DNA from: the human T2T-CHM13v2.0 reference genome, Homo sapiens
Direction: 5' to 3' (one strand)
Length of the DNA: 64,000 bases
Assembly (NCBI RefSeq): GCF_009914755.1
Contig: NC_060936.1
The notes beneath the pieces are model-generated. The model saw only the letters and a program-made list of their open reading frames with translations, did no database searches and was not told the DNA's origin. Position numbers and translations under genes: made by a program. Positions 52,501 to 64,000 of this stretch are shown piece after piece (position 1 is the stretch's first letter; every line of letters begins with the position of its first letter).

Positions 52501-55500
52501 AAAAGGGTGTTTACCATCTGCTCTTCTAAAGGAAAGTTCAACTCTATGAGTTGAATACACACAGCACAAAGAAGTTACTGAGACTTCTCCTATCAAACAT
52601 TATAGGAAGAAATCCCGTTTCCAACGAAGGCCTCAAAGAGGTCCAAATATCCACTTGCAGACGTGACAAACAGAGTGTTTCCAAACTGCTCCATCAAAAG
52701 AAAGGTTAAACTCTGTGAGTTGAACACACACATCACAAAGTAGTTTCTGTGAATGATTCTGTCTAGTTTTTATACGAAGATGTTTCCTTTTCTACCTTTG
52801 GTCTCAAAGCGATTGAAATCTCCACATGGAAACTCCACAAAAAGAGTGTTTCAAATCTGCTCTTTCTGAAGGAAGGTTCAACTCTGTGAATTGAATACAC
52901 ACACCACAAATAAGTTACTGAGAATTCTTCTGTGTAACATTATGTGAGGAAATCCCGTTTCCAACGAAGGCCTCAAACAGGTCCAAATATCCACTTGCAG
53001 ACTTTACAAAGACAGTGTCTCCAAACTCCTCCATCAAAAGAAAGGTTATACTGTGTGAATTGAACGCACACATCACAAAGTAGTTTCTGAGAAAGATTCT
53101 GTCTAGTTTTTATACGAAGATATTTCCTTTTCTACATTTGGCCTAAAAGCGCTTGAAATCTCCACCTGCAAATATCACAAAAAGAGGGTTTCACATCTGC
53201 TCTGTCTGAAGGACAGTTCACCTCTGTGAGTTGTATAGAGGCAACAGAAAGAACTTACTCAGTATTATTCTTTCTAGCGTTCTATGAAGAAATCTCTTTT
53301 CCAACGAAGGCCTCAAAGAGGTCCAAATATCTGCTTGCAGACTTTACAGACAGAGTGTTTCCAAACTACTCTATGAAAAGAAAGCTTAAACTCCTTGAGT
53401 TGAACGCACAGATCGCAAAGTAGTTTCTGAGAATGATTCTGTCTTGTTTTTATACGAAGATATTTCCGTTTCTATGATTGGCCTCAAAGCGATTGAAATC
53501 TCCAACTGGAAGCTGCACAAATAGGGTGTTTCAAATCTGCTCTGTCTAAAGGAAGGTTCAACTCTGTGAGTTGAATACACACACTACAGGTAAGTTACTG
53601 AGAATTCTTCTGTCGAACATTACATGAAGAAATCCCGTTTCCAACGAAGACCTCAAAGAGGTCCAAATATCCACTTGCAGACATTACAAACAGAGTGTTT
53701 CCAAACTGCTCCATCAAAAGAAAGGTTAAACCCTGTGAGCTGAACACACACATCAAAAAGATGTTTCTGTGAATGATTCTGTCTAGATTTTAGAAGAAGA
53801 TGTTTCCTTTTCTACCGTAGGCCTCAAAGCGCTTGAAATCTCCAGCTGCAAATTCCACAGAAAGGGTGTTTAACATCTGCTCTTCTAAAGGAAAATTTAA
53901 CTCTATGAGTTGAATACACACAGCACAAAGAAGTTACTGAGACTTCTCCTATCAAACATTATATGAAGAAATCCCGTTTCCAAAGAAGGCCCCAAAGCAG
54001 TCCAAATATCCACTTGCAGACGTGAAAAACAGAGTGTTTCCAAACTGCCATATCAAAAGAAAGGTTAAACTCTGTGAGCTGAACACACACATCACAAAGT
54101 AGTTTCTGTGAATGATTCTGTCTAGTTTTTATACGAAGATGTTTCCTTTTCTACCTTTGGTCTCAAAGCGATGGATATCTCCACATGGAAACTCCACAAA
54201 ATGAGTGTTTCAAATCTGCTCTTTCTGAAGGAAGGTTCAACTCTGTGAGTTGAATACACACACCACAAATAAGTTGCTGAGAATTCTTCTGTCGAACATT
54301 ACATGAAGAAATCCCGTTTCCAACCAAGGCCTCAAAGAGGTCCATATATCCACTTGCAGATATTACAAACTGAGTGTTTCCAAACTGCTCCATCAAAGGA
54401 AATGTTAAACTCTGTGAGCTGAACACACACATCAAAAAGAAGTTTCTGTGAATGATTCTGTCTAGATTTTATAAGAAGATGTTTCCTTTTCTACAGTAGG
54501 CCTCAAAGCGCTTGAAACCTCCAGCTGCAAATTCCCCAAAAAGGGTGTTTAACATCTGCTCTTCTAAAGGAAAGTTCAACTCTATGAGTTGAATACACAC
54601 AGCACAAAGAAGTTACTGAGACTTCTCCTATCAAACATTATATGAAGAAATCCCGTTTCCAACGAAGGCCCCAAAGAGGTCCAAATATCCACTTGCAGAC
54701 TTTACAGACAGAGTGTTTCCAAACTCCTCCATCAAAAGAAAGGTTAAACTCCTTGAGTTGAACACACACATCACAAAGTAGTTTCTGTGAATGATTCTGT
54801 CTAGTTTTTATACGAAGATGTTTCCTTTTCTACCTTTGGTCTCAAAGCAATTGAAGTCTCCACATGGAAACTCCACAAAAAGAGTGTTTCAAATCTGCTC
54901 TGTCTGAAGGAAGGTTCAACTCTGTGAGTTGAATACACACACCACAAATAAGTTACTGAGAATTCTTCTGTGTAACATTATATGAGGAAATCCCGTTTCC
55001 AACGAAGGCCTCAAAGAGGTCCAAATATCCACTTGCAGACTTTACAAAGACAGTGTCTCCAAACTCCTCCATCAAAAGAAAGGTTATACTCTGTGAATTG
55101 AACGCACACATCACAAAGTAGTTTCTGAGAATGATTCTGTCTAGTTTTCATACGAAGATATTTCCTTTTCTACATTTGGCCTAAAAGCGCTTGAAATCTC
55201 CACCTGCAAATATCACAAAAAGAGGGTTTCACATCTGCTCTGTCTAAAGGACAGTTCACCTCTGTGAGTTGAATAGAGGCAACACAAAGAACGTACTCAG
55301 TATTCTTCTTTCTAGCGTTATATGAAGAAATCCCGTTTCCAAAGAAGGCCTCAAAGAGGTCCAAATATCTGCTTGCAGACTTTACAGACAGAGTGTTTCC
55401 AAACTACTCTATGAAAAGAAAGCTTAAACTCCTTGAGTTGAACGCACACATCACAAAGTAGTTTCTGAGAATGATTCTGTCTTGTTTTTATACGAAGATA

Positions 55501-58500
55501 TTTCCGTTTCTATGATTGGCCTCAAAGCGATTGAAATCTCCAACTGGAAAATGCACAAATAGGGTGTTTCAAATCTGCTCTGTCTAAAGGAAGGTTCAAC
55601 TCTGTGAGTTGAATACACACACCACAAATAAGTTACTGAGAATTCTTCTGTCGACCATTACATGAAGAAATCCCGTTTCCAACGAAGGCCTCAAAGAGGT
55701 CCAAATATCCCCTTGCAGACATTACAAACAGAGTGTTTCCAAACTGCTCCATCAAAAGAAAGGTCAAACTCTGTGAGCTGAACACACACATCAAAAAGAA
55801 GTTTCTGTGAATGATTCTGTCTAGATTTTATAAGAAGATGTTTCCTTTTCTACCGTAGGCCTCAAAGCGCTTGAAATCTCCAGCTGCAAATTCCACAAAA
55901 AGGGTGTTTACCATCTGCTCTTCTAAAGGAAAGTTCAACTCTATGAGTTGAATACACACAGCACAAAGAAGTTACTGAGACTTCTCCTATCAAACATTAT
56001 AGGAAGAAATCCCGTTTCCAACGAAGGCCTCAAAGAGGTCCAAATATCCACTTGCAGACGTGACAAACAGAGTGTTTCCAAACTGCTCCATCAAAAGAAA
56101 GGTTAAACTCTGTGAGTTGAACACACACATCACAAAGTAGTTTCTGTGAATGATTCTGTCTAGTTTTTATACGAAGATGTTTCCTTTTCTACCTTTGGTC
56201 TCAAAGCGATTGAAATCTCCACATGGAAACTCCACAAAAAGAGTGTTTCAAATCTGCTCTTTCTGAAGGAAGGTTCAACTCTGTGAATTGAATACACACA
56301 CCACAAATAAGTTACTGAGAATTCTTCTGTGTAACATTATGTGAGGAAATCCCGTTTCCAACGAAGGCCTCAAACAGGTCCAAATATCCACTTGCAGACT
56401 TTACAAAGACAGTGTCTCCAAACTCCTCCATCAAAAGAAGGGTTATACTGTGTGAATTGAACGCACACATCACAAAGTAGTTTCTGAGAAAGATTCTGTC
56501 TAGTTTTTATACGAAGATATTTCCTTTTCTACATTTGGCCTAAAAGCGCTTGAAATCTCCACCTGCAAATATCACAAAAAGAGGGTTTCACATCTGCTCT
56601 GTCTGAAGGACAGTTCACCTCTGTGAGTTGTATAGAGGCAACAGAAAGAACTTACTCAGTATTATTCTTTCTAGCGTTCTATGAAGAAATCTCTTTTCCA
56701 ACGAAGGCCTCAAAGAGGTCCAAATATCTGCTTGCAGACTTTACAGACAGAGTGTTTCCAAACTACTCTATGAAAAGAAAGCTTAAACTCCTTGAGTTGA
56801 ACGCACAGATCGCAAAGTAGTTTCTGAGAATGATTCTGTCTTGTTTTTATACGAAGATATTTCCGTTTCTATGATTGGCCTCAAAGCGATTGAAATCTCC
56901 AACTGGAAGCTGCACAAATAGGGTGTTTCAAATCTGCTCTGTCTAAAGGAAGGTTCAACTCTGTGAGTTGAATACACACACTACAGGTAAGTTACTGAGA
57001 ATTCTTCTGTCGAACATTACATGAAGAAATCCCGTTTCCAACGAAGACCTCAAAGAGGTCCAAATATCCACTTGCAGACATTACAAACAGAGTGTTTCCA
57101 AACTGCTCCATCAAAAGAAAGGTTAAACCCTGTGAGCTGAACACACACATCAAAAAGATGTTTCTGTGAATGATTCTGTCTAGATTTTAGAAGAAGATGT
57201 TTCCTTTTCTACCGTAGGCCTCAAAGCGCTTGAAATCTCCAGCTGCAAATTCCACAGAAAGGGTGTTTAACATCTGCTCTTCTAAAGGAAAATTTAACTC
57301 TATGAGTTGAATACACACAGCACAAAGAAGTTACTGAGACTTCTCCTATCAAACATTATATGAAGAAATCCCGTTTCCAAAGAAGGCCCCAAAGCAGTCC
57401 AAATATCCACTTGCAGACGTGAAAAACAGAGTGTTTCCAAACTGCCATATCAAAAGAAAGGTTAAACTCTGTGAGCTGAACACACACATCACAAAGTAGT
57501 TTCTGTGAATGATTCTGTCTAGTTTTTATACGAAGATGTTTCCTTTTCTACCTTTGGTCTCAAAGCGATGGATATCTCCACATGGAAACTCCACAAAATG
57601 AGTGTTTCAAATCTGCTCTTTCTGAAGGAAGGTTCAACTCTGTGAGTTGAATACACACACCACAAATAAGTTGCTGAGAATTCTTCTGTCGAACATTACA
57701 TGAAGAAATCCCGTTTCCAACCAAGGCCTCAAAGAGGTCCATATATCCACTTGCAGATATTACAAACTGAGTGTTTCCAAACTGCTCCATCAAAGGAAAT
57801 GTTAAACTCTGTGAGCTGAACACACACATCAAAAAGAAGTTTCTGTGAATGATTCTGTCTAGATTTTATAAGAAGATGTTTCCTTTTCTACAGTAGGCCT
57901 CAAAGCGCTTGAAACCTCCAGCTGCAAATTCCCCAAAAAGGGTGTTTAACATCTGCTCTTCTAAAGGAAAGTTCAACTCTATGAGTTGAATACACACAGC
58001 ACAAAGAAGTTACTGAGACTTCTCCTATCAAACATTATATGAAGAAATCCCGTTTCCAACGAAGGCCCCAAAGAGGTCCAAATATCCACTTGCAGACTTT
58101 ACAGACAGAGTGTTTCCAAACTCCTCCATCAAAAGAAAGGTTAAACTCCTTGAGTTGAACACACACATCACAAAGTAGTTTCTGTGAATGATTCTGTCTA
58201 GTTTTTATACGAAGATGTTTCCTTTTCTACCTTTGGTCTCAAAGCAATTGAAGTCTCCACATGGAAACTCCACAAAAAGAGTGTTTCAAATCTGCTCTGT
58301 CTGAAGGAAGGTTCAACTCTGTGAGTTGAATACACACACCACAAATAAGTTACTGAGAATTCTTCTGTGTAACATTATATGAGGAAATCCCGTTTCCAAC
58401 GAAGGCCTCAAAGAGGTCCAAATATCCACTTGCAGACTTTACAAAGACAGTGTCTCCAAACTCCTCCATCAAAAGAAAGGTTATACTCTGTGAATTGAAC

Positions 58501-61500
58501 GCACACATCACAAAGTAGTTTCTGAGAATGATTCTGTCTAGTTTTCATACGAAGATATTTCCTTTTCTACATTTGGCCTAAAAGCGCTTGAAATCTCCAC
58601 CTGCAAATATCACAAAAAGAGGGTTTCACATCTGCTCTGTCTAAAGGACAGTTCACCTCTGTGAGTTGAATAGAGGCAACACAAAGAACGTACTCAGTAT
58701 TCTTCTTTCTAGCGTTATATGAAGAAATCCCGTTTCCAAAGAAGGCCTCAAAGAGGTCCAAATATCTGCTTGCAGACTTTACAGACAGAGTGTTTCCAAA
58801 CTACTCTATGAAAAGAAAGCTTAAACTCCTTGAGTTGAACGCACACATCACAAAGTAGTTTCTGAGAATGATTCTGTCTTGTTTTTATACGAAGATATTT
58901 CCGTTTCTATGATTGGCCTCAAAGCGATTGAAATCTCCAACTGGAAAATGCACAAATAGGGTGTTTCAAATCTGCTCTGTCTAAAGGAAGGTTCAACTCT
59001 GTGAGTTGAATACACACACCACAAATAAGTTACTGAGAATTCTTCTGTCGACCATTACATGAAGAAATCCCGTTTCCAACGAAGGCCTCAAAGAGGTCCA
59101 AATATCCCCTTGCAGACATTACAAACAGAGTGTTTCCAAACTGCTCCATCAAAAGAAAGGTCAAACTCTGTGAGCTGAACACACACATCAAAAAGAAGTT
59201 TCTGTGAATGATTCTGTCTAGATTTTATAAGAAGATGTTTCCTTTTCTACCGTAGGCCTCAAAGCGCTTGAAATCTCCAGCTGCAAATTCCACAAAAAGG
59301 GTGTTTACCATCTGCTCTTCTAAAGGAAAGTTCAACTCTATGAGTTGAATACACACAGCACAAAGAAGTTACTGAGACTTCTCCTATCAAACATTATAGG
59401 AAGAAATCCCGTTTCCAACGAAGGCCTCAAAGAGGTCCAAATATCCACTTGCAGACGTGACAAACAGAGTGTTTCCAAACTGCTCCATCAAAAGAAAGGT
59501 TAAACTCTGTGAGTTGAACACACACATCACAAAGTAGTTTCTGTGAATGATTCTGTCTAGTTTTTATACGAAGATGTTTCCTTTTCTACCTTTGGTCTCA
59601 AAGCGATTGAAATCTCCACATGGAAACTCCACAAAAAGAGTGTTTCAAATCTGCTCTTTCTGAAGGAAGGTTCAACTCTGTGAATTGAATACACACACCA
59701 CAAATAAGTTACTGAGAATTCTTCTGTGTAACATTATGTGAGGAAATCCCGTTTCCAACGAAGGCCTCAAACAGGTCCAAATATCCACTTGCAGACTTTA
59801 CAAAGACAGTGTCTCCAAACTCCTCCATCAAAAGAAAGGTTATACTGTGTGAATTGAACGCACACATCACAAAGTAGTTTCTGAGAAAGATTCTGTCTAG
59901 TTTTTATACGAAGATATTTCCTTTTCTACATTTGGCCTAAAAGCGCTTGAAATCTCCACCTGCAAATATCACAAAAAGAGGGTTTCACATCTGCTCTGTC
60001 TGAAGGACAGTTCACCTCTGTGAGTTGTATAGAGGCAACAGAAAGAACTTACTCAGTATTATTCTTTCTAGCGTTCTATGAAGAAATCTCTTTTCCAACG
60101 AAGGCCTCAAAGAGGTCCAAATATCTGCTTGCAGACTTTACAGACAGAGTGTTTCCAAACTACTCTATGAAAAGAAAGCTTAAACTCCTTGAGTTGAACG
60201 CACAGATCGCAAAGTAGTTTCTGAGAATGATTCTGTCTTGTTTTTATACGAAGATATTTCCGTTTCTATGATTGGCCTCAAAGCGATTGAAATCTCCAAC
60301 TGGAAGCTGCACAAATAGGGTGTTTCAAATCTGCTCTGTCTAAAGGAAGGTTCAACTCTGTGAGTTGAATACACACACTACAGGTAAGTTACTGAGAATT
60401 CTTCTGTCGAACATTACATGAAGAAATCCCGTTTCCAACGAAGACCTCAAAGAGGTCCAAATATCCACTTGCAGACATTACAAACAGAGTGTTTCCAAAC
60501 TGCTCCATCAAAAGAAAGGTTAAACCCTGTGAGCTGAACACACACATCAAAAAGATGTTTCTGTGAATGATTCTGTCTAGATTTTAGAAGAAGATGTTTC
60601 CTTTTCTACCGTAGGCCTCAAAGCGCTTGAAATCTCCAGCTGCAAATTCCACAGAAAGGGTGTTTAACATCTGCTCTTCTAAAGGAAAATTTAACTCTAT
60701 GAGTTGAATACACACAGCACAAAGAAGTTACTGAGACTTCTCCTATCAAACATTATATGAAGAAATCCCGTTTCCAAAGAAGGCCCCAAAGCAGTCCAAA
60801 TATCCACTTGCAGACGTGAAAAACAGAGTGTTTCCAAACTGCCATATCAAAAGAAAGGTTAAACTCTGTGAGCTGAACACACACATCACAAAGTAGTTTC
60901 TGTGAATGATTCTGTCTAGTTTTTATACGAAGATGTTTCCTTTTCTACCTTTGGTCTCAAAGCGATGGATATCTCCACATGGAAACTCCACAAAATGAGT
61001 GTTTCAAATCTGCTCTTTCTGAAGGAAGGTTCAACTCTGTGAGTTGAATACACACACCACAAATAAGTTGCTGAGAATTCTTCTGTCGAACATTACATGA
61101 AGAAATCCCGTTTCCAACCAAGGCCTCAAAGAGGTCCATATATCCACTTGCAGATATTACAAACTGAGTGTTTCCAAACTGCTCCATCAAAGGAAATGTT
61201 AAACTCTGTGAGCTGAACACACACATCAAAAAGAAGTTTCTGTGAATGATTCTGTCTAGATTTTATAAGAAGATGTTTCCTTTTCTACAGTAGGCCTCAA
61301 AGCGCTTGAAACCTCCAGCTGCAAATTCCCCAAAAAGGGTGTTTAACATCTGCTCTTCTAAAGGAAAGTTCAACTCTATGAGTTGAATACACACAGCACA
61401 AAGAAGTTACTGAGACTTCTCCTATCAAACATTATATGAAGAAATCCCGTTTCCAACGAAGGCCCCAAAGAGGTCCAAATATCCACTTGCAGACTTTACA

Positions 61501-63182
61501 GACAGAGTGTTTCCAAACTCCTCCATCAAAAGAAAGGTTAAACTCCTTGAGTTGAACACACACATCACAAAGTAGTTTCTGTGAATGATTCTGTCTAGTT
61601 TTTATACGAAGATGTTTCCTTTTCTACCTTTGGTCTCAAAGCAATTGAAGTCTCCACATGGAAACTCCACAAAAAGAGTGTTTCAAATCTGCTCTGTCTG
61701 AAGGAAGGTTCAACTCTGTGAGTTGAATACACACACCACAAATAAGTTACTGAGAATTCTTCTGTGTAACATTATATGAGGAAATCCCGTTTCCAACGAA
61801 GGCCTCAAAGAGGTCCAAATATCCACTTGCAGACTTTACAAAGACAGTGTCTCCAAACTCCTCCATCAAAAGAAAGGTTATACTCTGTGAATTGAACGCA
61901 CACATCACAAAGTAGTTTCTGAGAATGATTCTGTCTAGTTTTCATACGAAGATATTTCCTTTTCTACATTTGGCCTAAAAGCGCTTGAAATCTCCACCTG
62001 CAAATATCACAAAAAGAGGGTTTCACATCTGCTCTGTCTAAAGGACAGTTCACCTCTGTGAGTTGAATAGAGGCAACACAAAGAACGTACTCAGTATTCT
62101 TCTTTCTAGCGTTATATGAAGAAATCCCGTTTCCAAAGAAGGCCTCAAAGAGGTCCAAATATCTGCTTGCAGACTTTACAGACAGAGTGTTTCCAAACTA
62201 CTCTATGAAAAGAAAGCTTAAACTCCTTGAGTTGAACGCACACATCACAAAGTAGTTTCTGAGAATGATTCTGTCTTGTTTTTATACGAAGATATTTCCG
62301 TTTCTATGATTGGCCTCAAAGCGATTGAAATCTCCAACTGGAAAATGCACAAATAGGGTGTTTCAAATCTGCTCTGTCTAAAGGAAGGTTCAACTCTGTG
62401 AGTTGAATACACACACCACAAATAAGTTACTGAGAATTCTTCTGTCGACCATTACATGAAGAAATCCCGTTTCCAACGAAGGCCTCAAAGAGGTCCAAAT
62501 ATCCCCTTGCAGACATTACAAACAGAGTGTTTCCAAACTGCTCCATCAAAAGAAAGGTCAAACTCTGTGAGCTGAACACACACATCAAAAAGAAGTTTCT
62601 GTGAATGATTCTGTCTAGATTTTATAAGAAGATGTTTCCTTTTCTACCGTAGGCCTCAAAGCGCTTGAAATCTCCAGCTGCAAATTCCACAAAAAGGGTG
62701 TTTACCATCTGCTCTTCTAAAGGAAAGTTCAACTCTATGAGTTGAATACACACAGCACAAAGAAGTTACTGAGACTTCTCCTATCAAACATTATAGGAAG
62801 AAATCCCGTTTCCAACGAAGGCCTCAAAGAGGTCCAAATATCCACTTGCAGACGTGACAAACAGAGTGTTTCCAAACTGCTCCATCAAAAGAAAGGTTAA
62901 ACTCTGTGAGTTGAACACACACATCACAAAGTAGTTTCTGTGAATGATTCTGTCTAGTTTTTATACGAAGATGTTTCCTTTTCTACCTTTGGTCTCAAAG
63001 CGATTGAAATCTCCACATGGAAACTCCACAAAAAGAGTGTTTCAAATCTGCTCTTTCTGAAGGAAGGTTCAACTCTGTGAATTGAATACACACACCACAA
63101 ATAAGTTACTGAGAATTCTTCTGTGTAACATTATGTGAGGAAATCCCGTTTCCAACGAAGGCCTCAAACAGGTCCAAATATC
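49595..63182 (-). repeat. 20-mer HOR variant, four near-identical tandem copies
   Basis: Starts at 49595, 52992, 56389 and 59786; the ORF set repeats exactly every 3397 bp (49829, 53226, 56623, 60020). Confidence 0.95.
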
Positions 63183-64000
63183 CACTTGCAGACTTTACAA
63201 AGACAGTGTCTCCAAACTCCTCCATCAAAAGAAAGGTTATACTGTGTGAATTGAACGCACACATCACAAAGTAGTTTCTGAGAAAGATTCTGTCTAGTTT
63301 TTATACGAAGATATTTCCTTTTCTACATTTGGCCTAAAAGCGCTTGAAATCTCCACCTGCAAATATCACAAAAAGAGGGTTTCACATCTGCTCTGTCTGA
63401 AGGACAGTTCACCTCTGTGAGTTGAATAGAGGCAACACAAAGAACTTACTCAGTATTCTTCTTTCTAGCGTTCTATGAAGAAATCCCGTTTCCAACGAAG
63501 GCCCCAAATAGGTCCAAATATCTGCTTGCAGACTTTACAGACAGATTGTTTCCAAACTACTCTATGAAAAGAAAGCTTAAACTCCTTGAGTTGAACGCAC
63601 ACATCACAAAGTAGTTTCTGAGAATGATTCTGTCTAGTTTTTATACGAAGATGTTTCCTTTTCTACATTTGGTCTCAAAGCGATTGAAATCTCCAACTGG
63701 AAACTGCACAAATAGGGTGTTTCAAATCTGCTCTGTCTAAAGGAAGGTTCAACTCTGTGAGTTGAATACACACACCACAAATAAGTTACTGAGAATTCTT
63801 CTGTCGAACATTACATGAAGAAATCCCGTTTCCAACGAAGGCCTCAAAGACGTCCAAATATCCACTTGCAGACATTACAAACAGAGTGTTTCCAAACTGC
63901 TCCATCAAAAGAAAGGTTAAACTCTGTGAGCTGAACACACACATCAAAAAGAAGTTTCTGTGAATGATTCTGTCTAGATTTTATAAGAAGATGTTTCCTT
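63183..64000 (-). repeat. Start of another super-unit (truncated by the window edge)
   Basis: Markers aaataggtcc (~63506), acagattgtt (~63541) and aaagacgtcc (~63846) match the starts of the units at 21736 and 32267. Confidence 0.85.

Larger units (their letters stand above)
1..64000 (-). repeat. Alpha satellite HOR array, dimeric (SF1-type), base HOR 8-mer of 1359 bp; probably human chr12 D12Z3
   Basis: Continuous ~170-bp monomers with typical alphoid motifs (cacttgcagac, gtgtttccaaactgctc, aactctgtgagttgaa, agtttctgagaatgattctgtct). TCCCGTTTCCAACGAAG (reverse complement of the CENP-B box) recurs every ~340 bp. The A-dimer start recurs at 1359-bp spacing (7132, 8491, 9850, 11209, 12568; 40421, 41780, 43139, 44498, 45857, 47216). 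One AAGCTT (HindIII) and one CAGCTG (PvuII) per canonical HOR and no regular RsaI site favour D12Z3 over the other SF1 8-mer, D10Z1. Alpha satellite identity is near certain; the chromosome assignment rests on recalled restriction periodicities and is less certain (~0.7). Confidence 0.98.

Noticed and set aside
1622-62158. All listed 60-108 aa ORFs (e.g. MMCVFSSQSLTF..., MSCIEATERTY...)
   Set aside because: They are chance open frames in alpha satellite created by SNVs that remove stop codons. They recur at the repeat period and have no recognisable domain or gene context. They are useful only as periodicity markers.
290-64000. CRISPR-like pattern of a conserved ~40-bp motif with regular spacing
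   Set aside because: The motif is the CENP-B box region, the ~300-bp intervals are homologous satellite rather than unique spacers, and there are no cas genes.
1-64000. Transposon insertion (L1/Alu), inversion or non-satellite island
   Set aside because: I saw no poly-A tail, target-site duplication, foreign sequence or strand switch; the dimer register is maintained throughout.
1-64000. Assignment to chr10 D10Z1 (also an SF1 8-mer)
   Set aside because: Less favoured because HindIII and PvuII cut once per HOR and RsaI does not cut regularly. It is not formally excluded without alignment to reference HORs.
1-64000. A novel protein- or RNA-coding biological system
   Set aside because: Nothing in the sequence supports one; all the structure is explained by satellite duplication, deletion and conversion.

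Overview
The whole 64-kb window is uninterrupted primate (very likely human) centromeric alpha satellite. It has ~170-bp monomers in alternating ~340-bp dimers, a CENP-B box in every second monomer, and a single orientation (conventional consensus on the minus strand). The basic higher-order repeat (HOR) is a 1359-bp 8-mer of four dimers, here called A-B-C-D. It has one HindIII and one PvuII site per unit, which best fits the chromosome 12 SF1 array D12Z3, though this assignment is not proven. There are no genes, RNA genes, transposons or CRISPR arrays, and the listed ORFs are by-products of the repeat. I found no new gene system; the interest lies in the nested array architecture. (1) About 1-21.7 kb is a diverged, structurally irregular zone (6-, 8-, 10- and 12-mers and hybrid dimers) containing a ~4-kb duplicated block with an internal 680-bp deletion. 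(2) From 21.7 kb there is a 7134-bp 42-mer super-unit containing a 3397-bp 20-mer that is itself tandemly amplified (7 copies; 4 of 10 CENP-B boxes broken). (3) A 9.2-kb island of very homogeneous canonical 8-mers with intact CENP-B boxes (40421-49594) sits inside the 20-mer territory. Coordinates were read by eye and may be off by a few bases.
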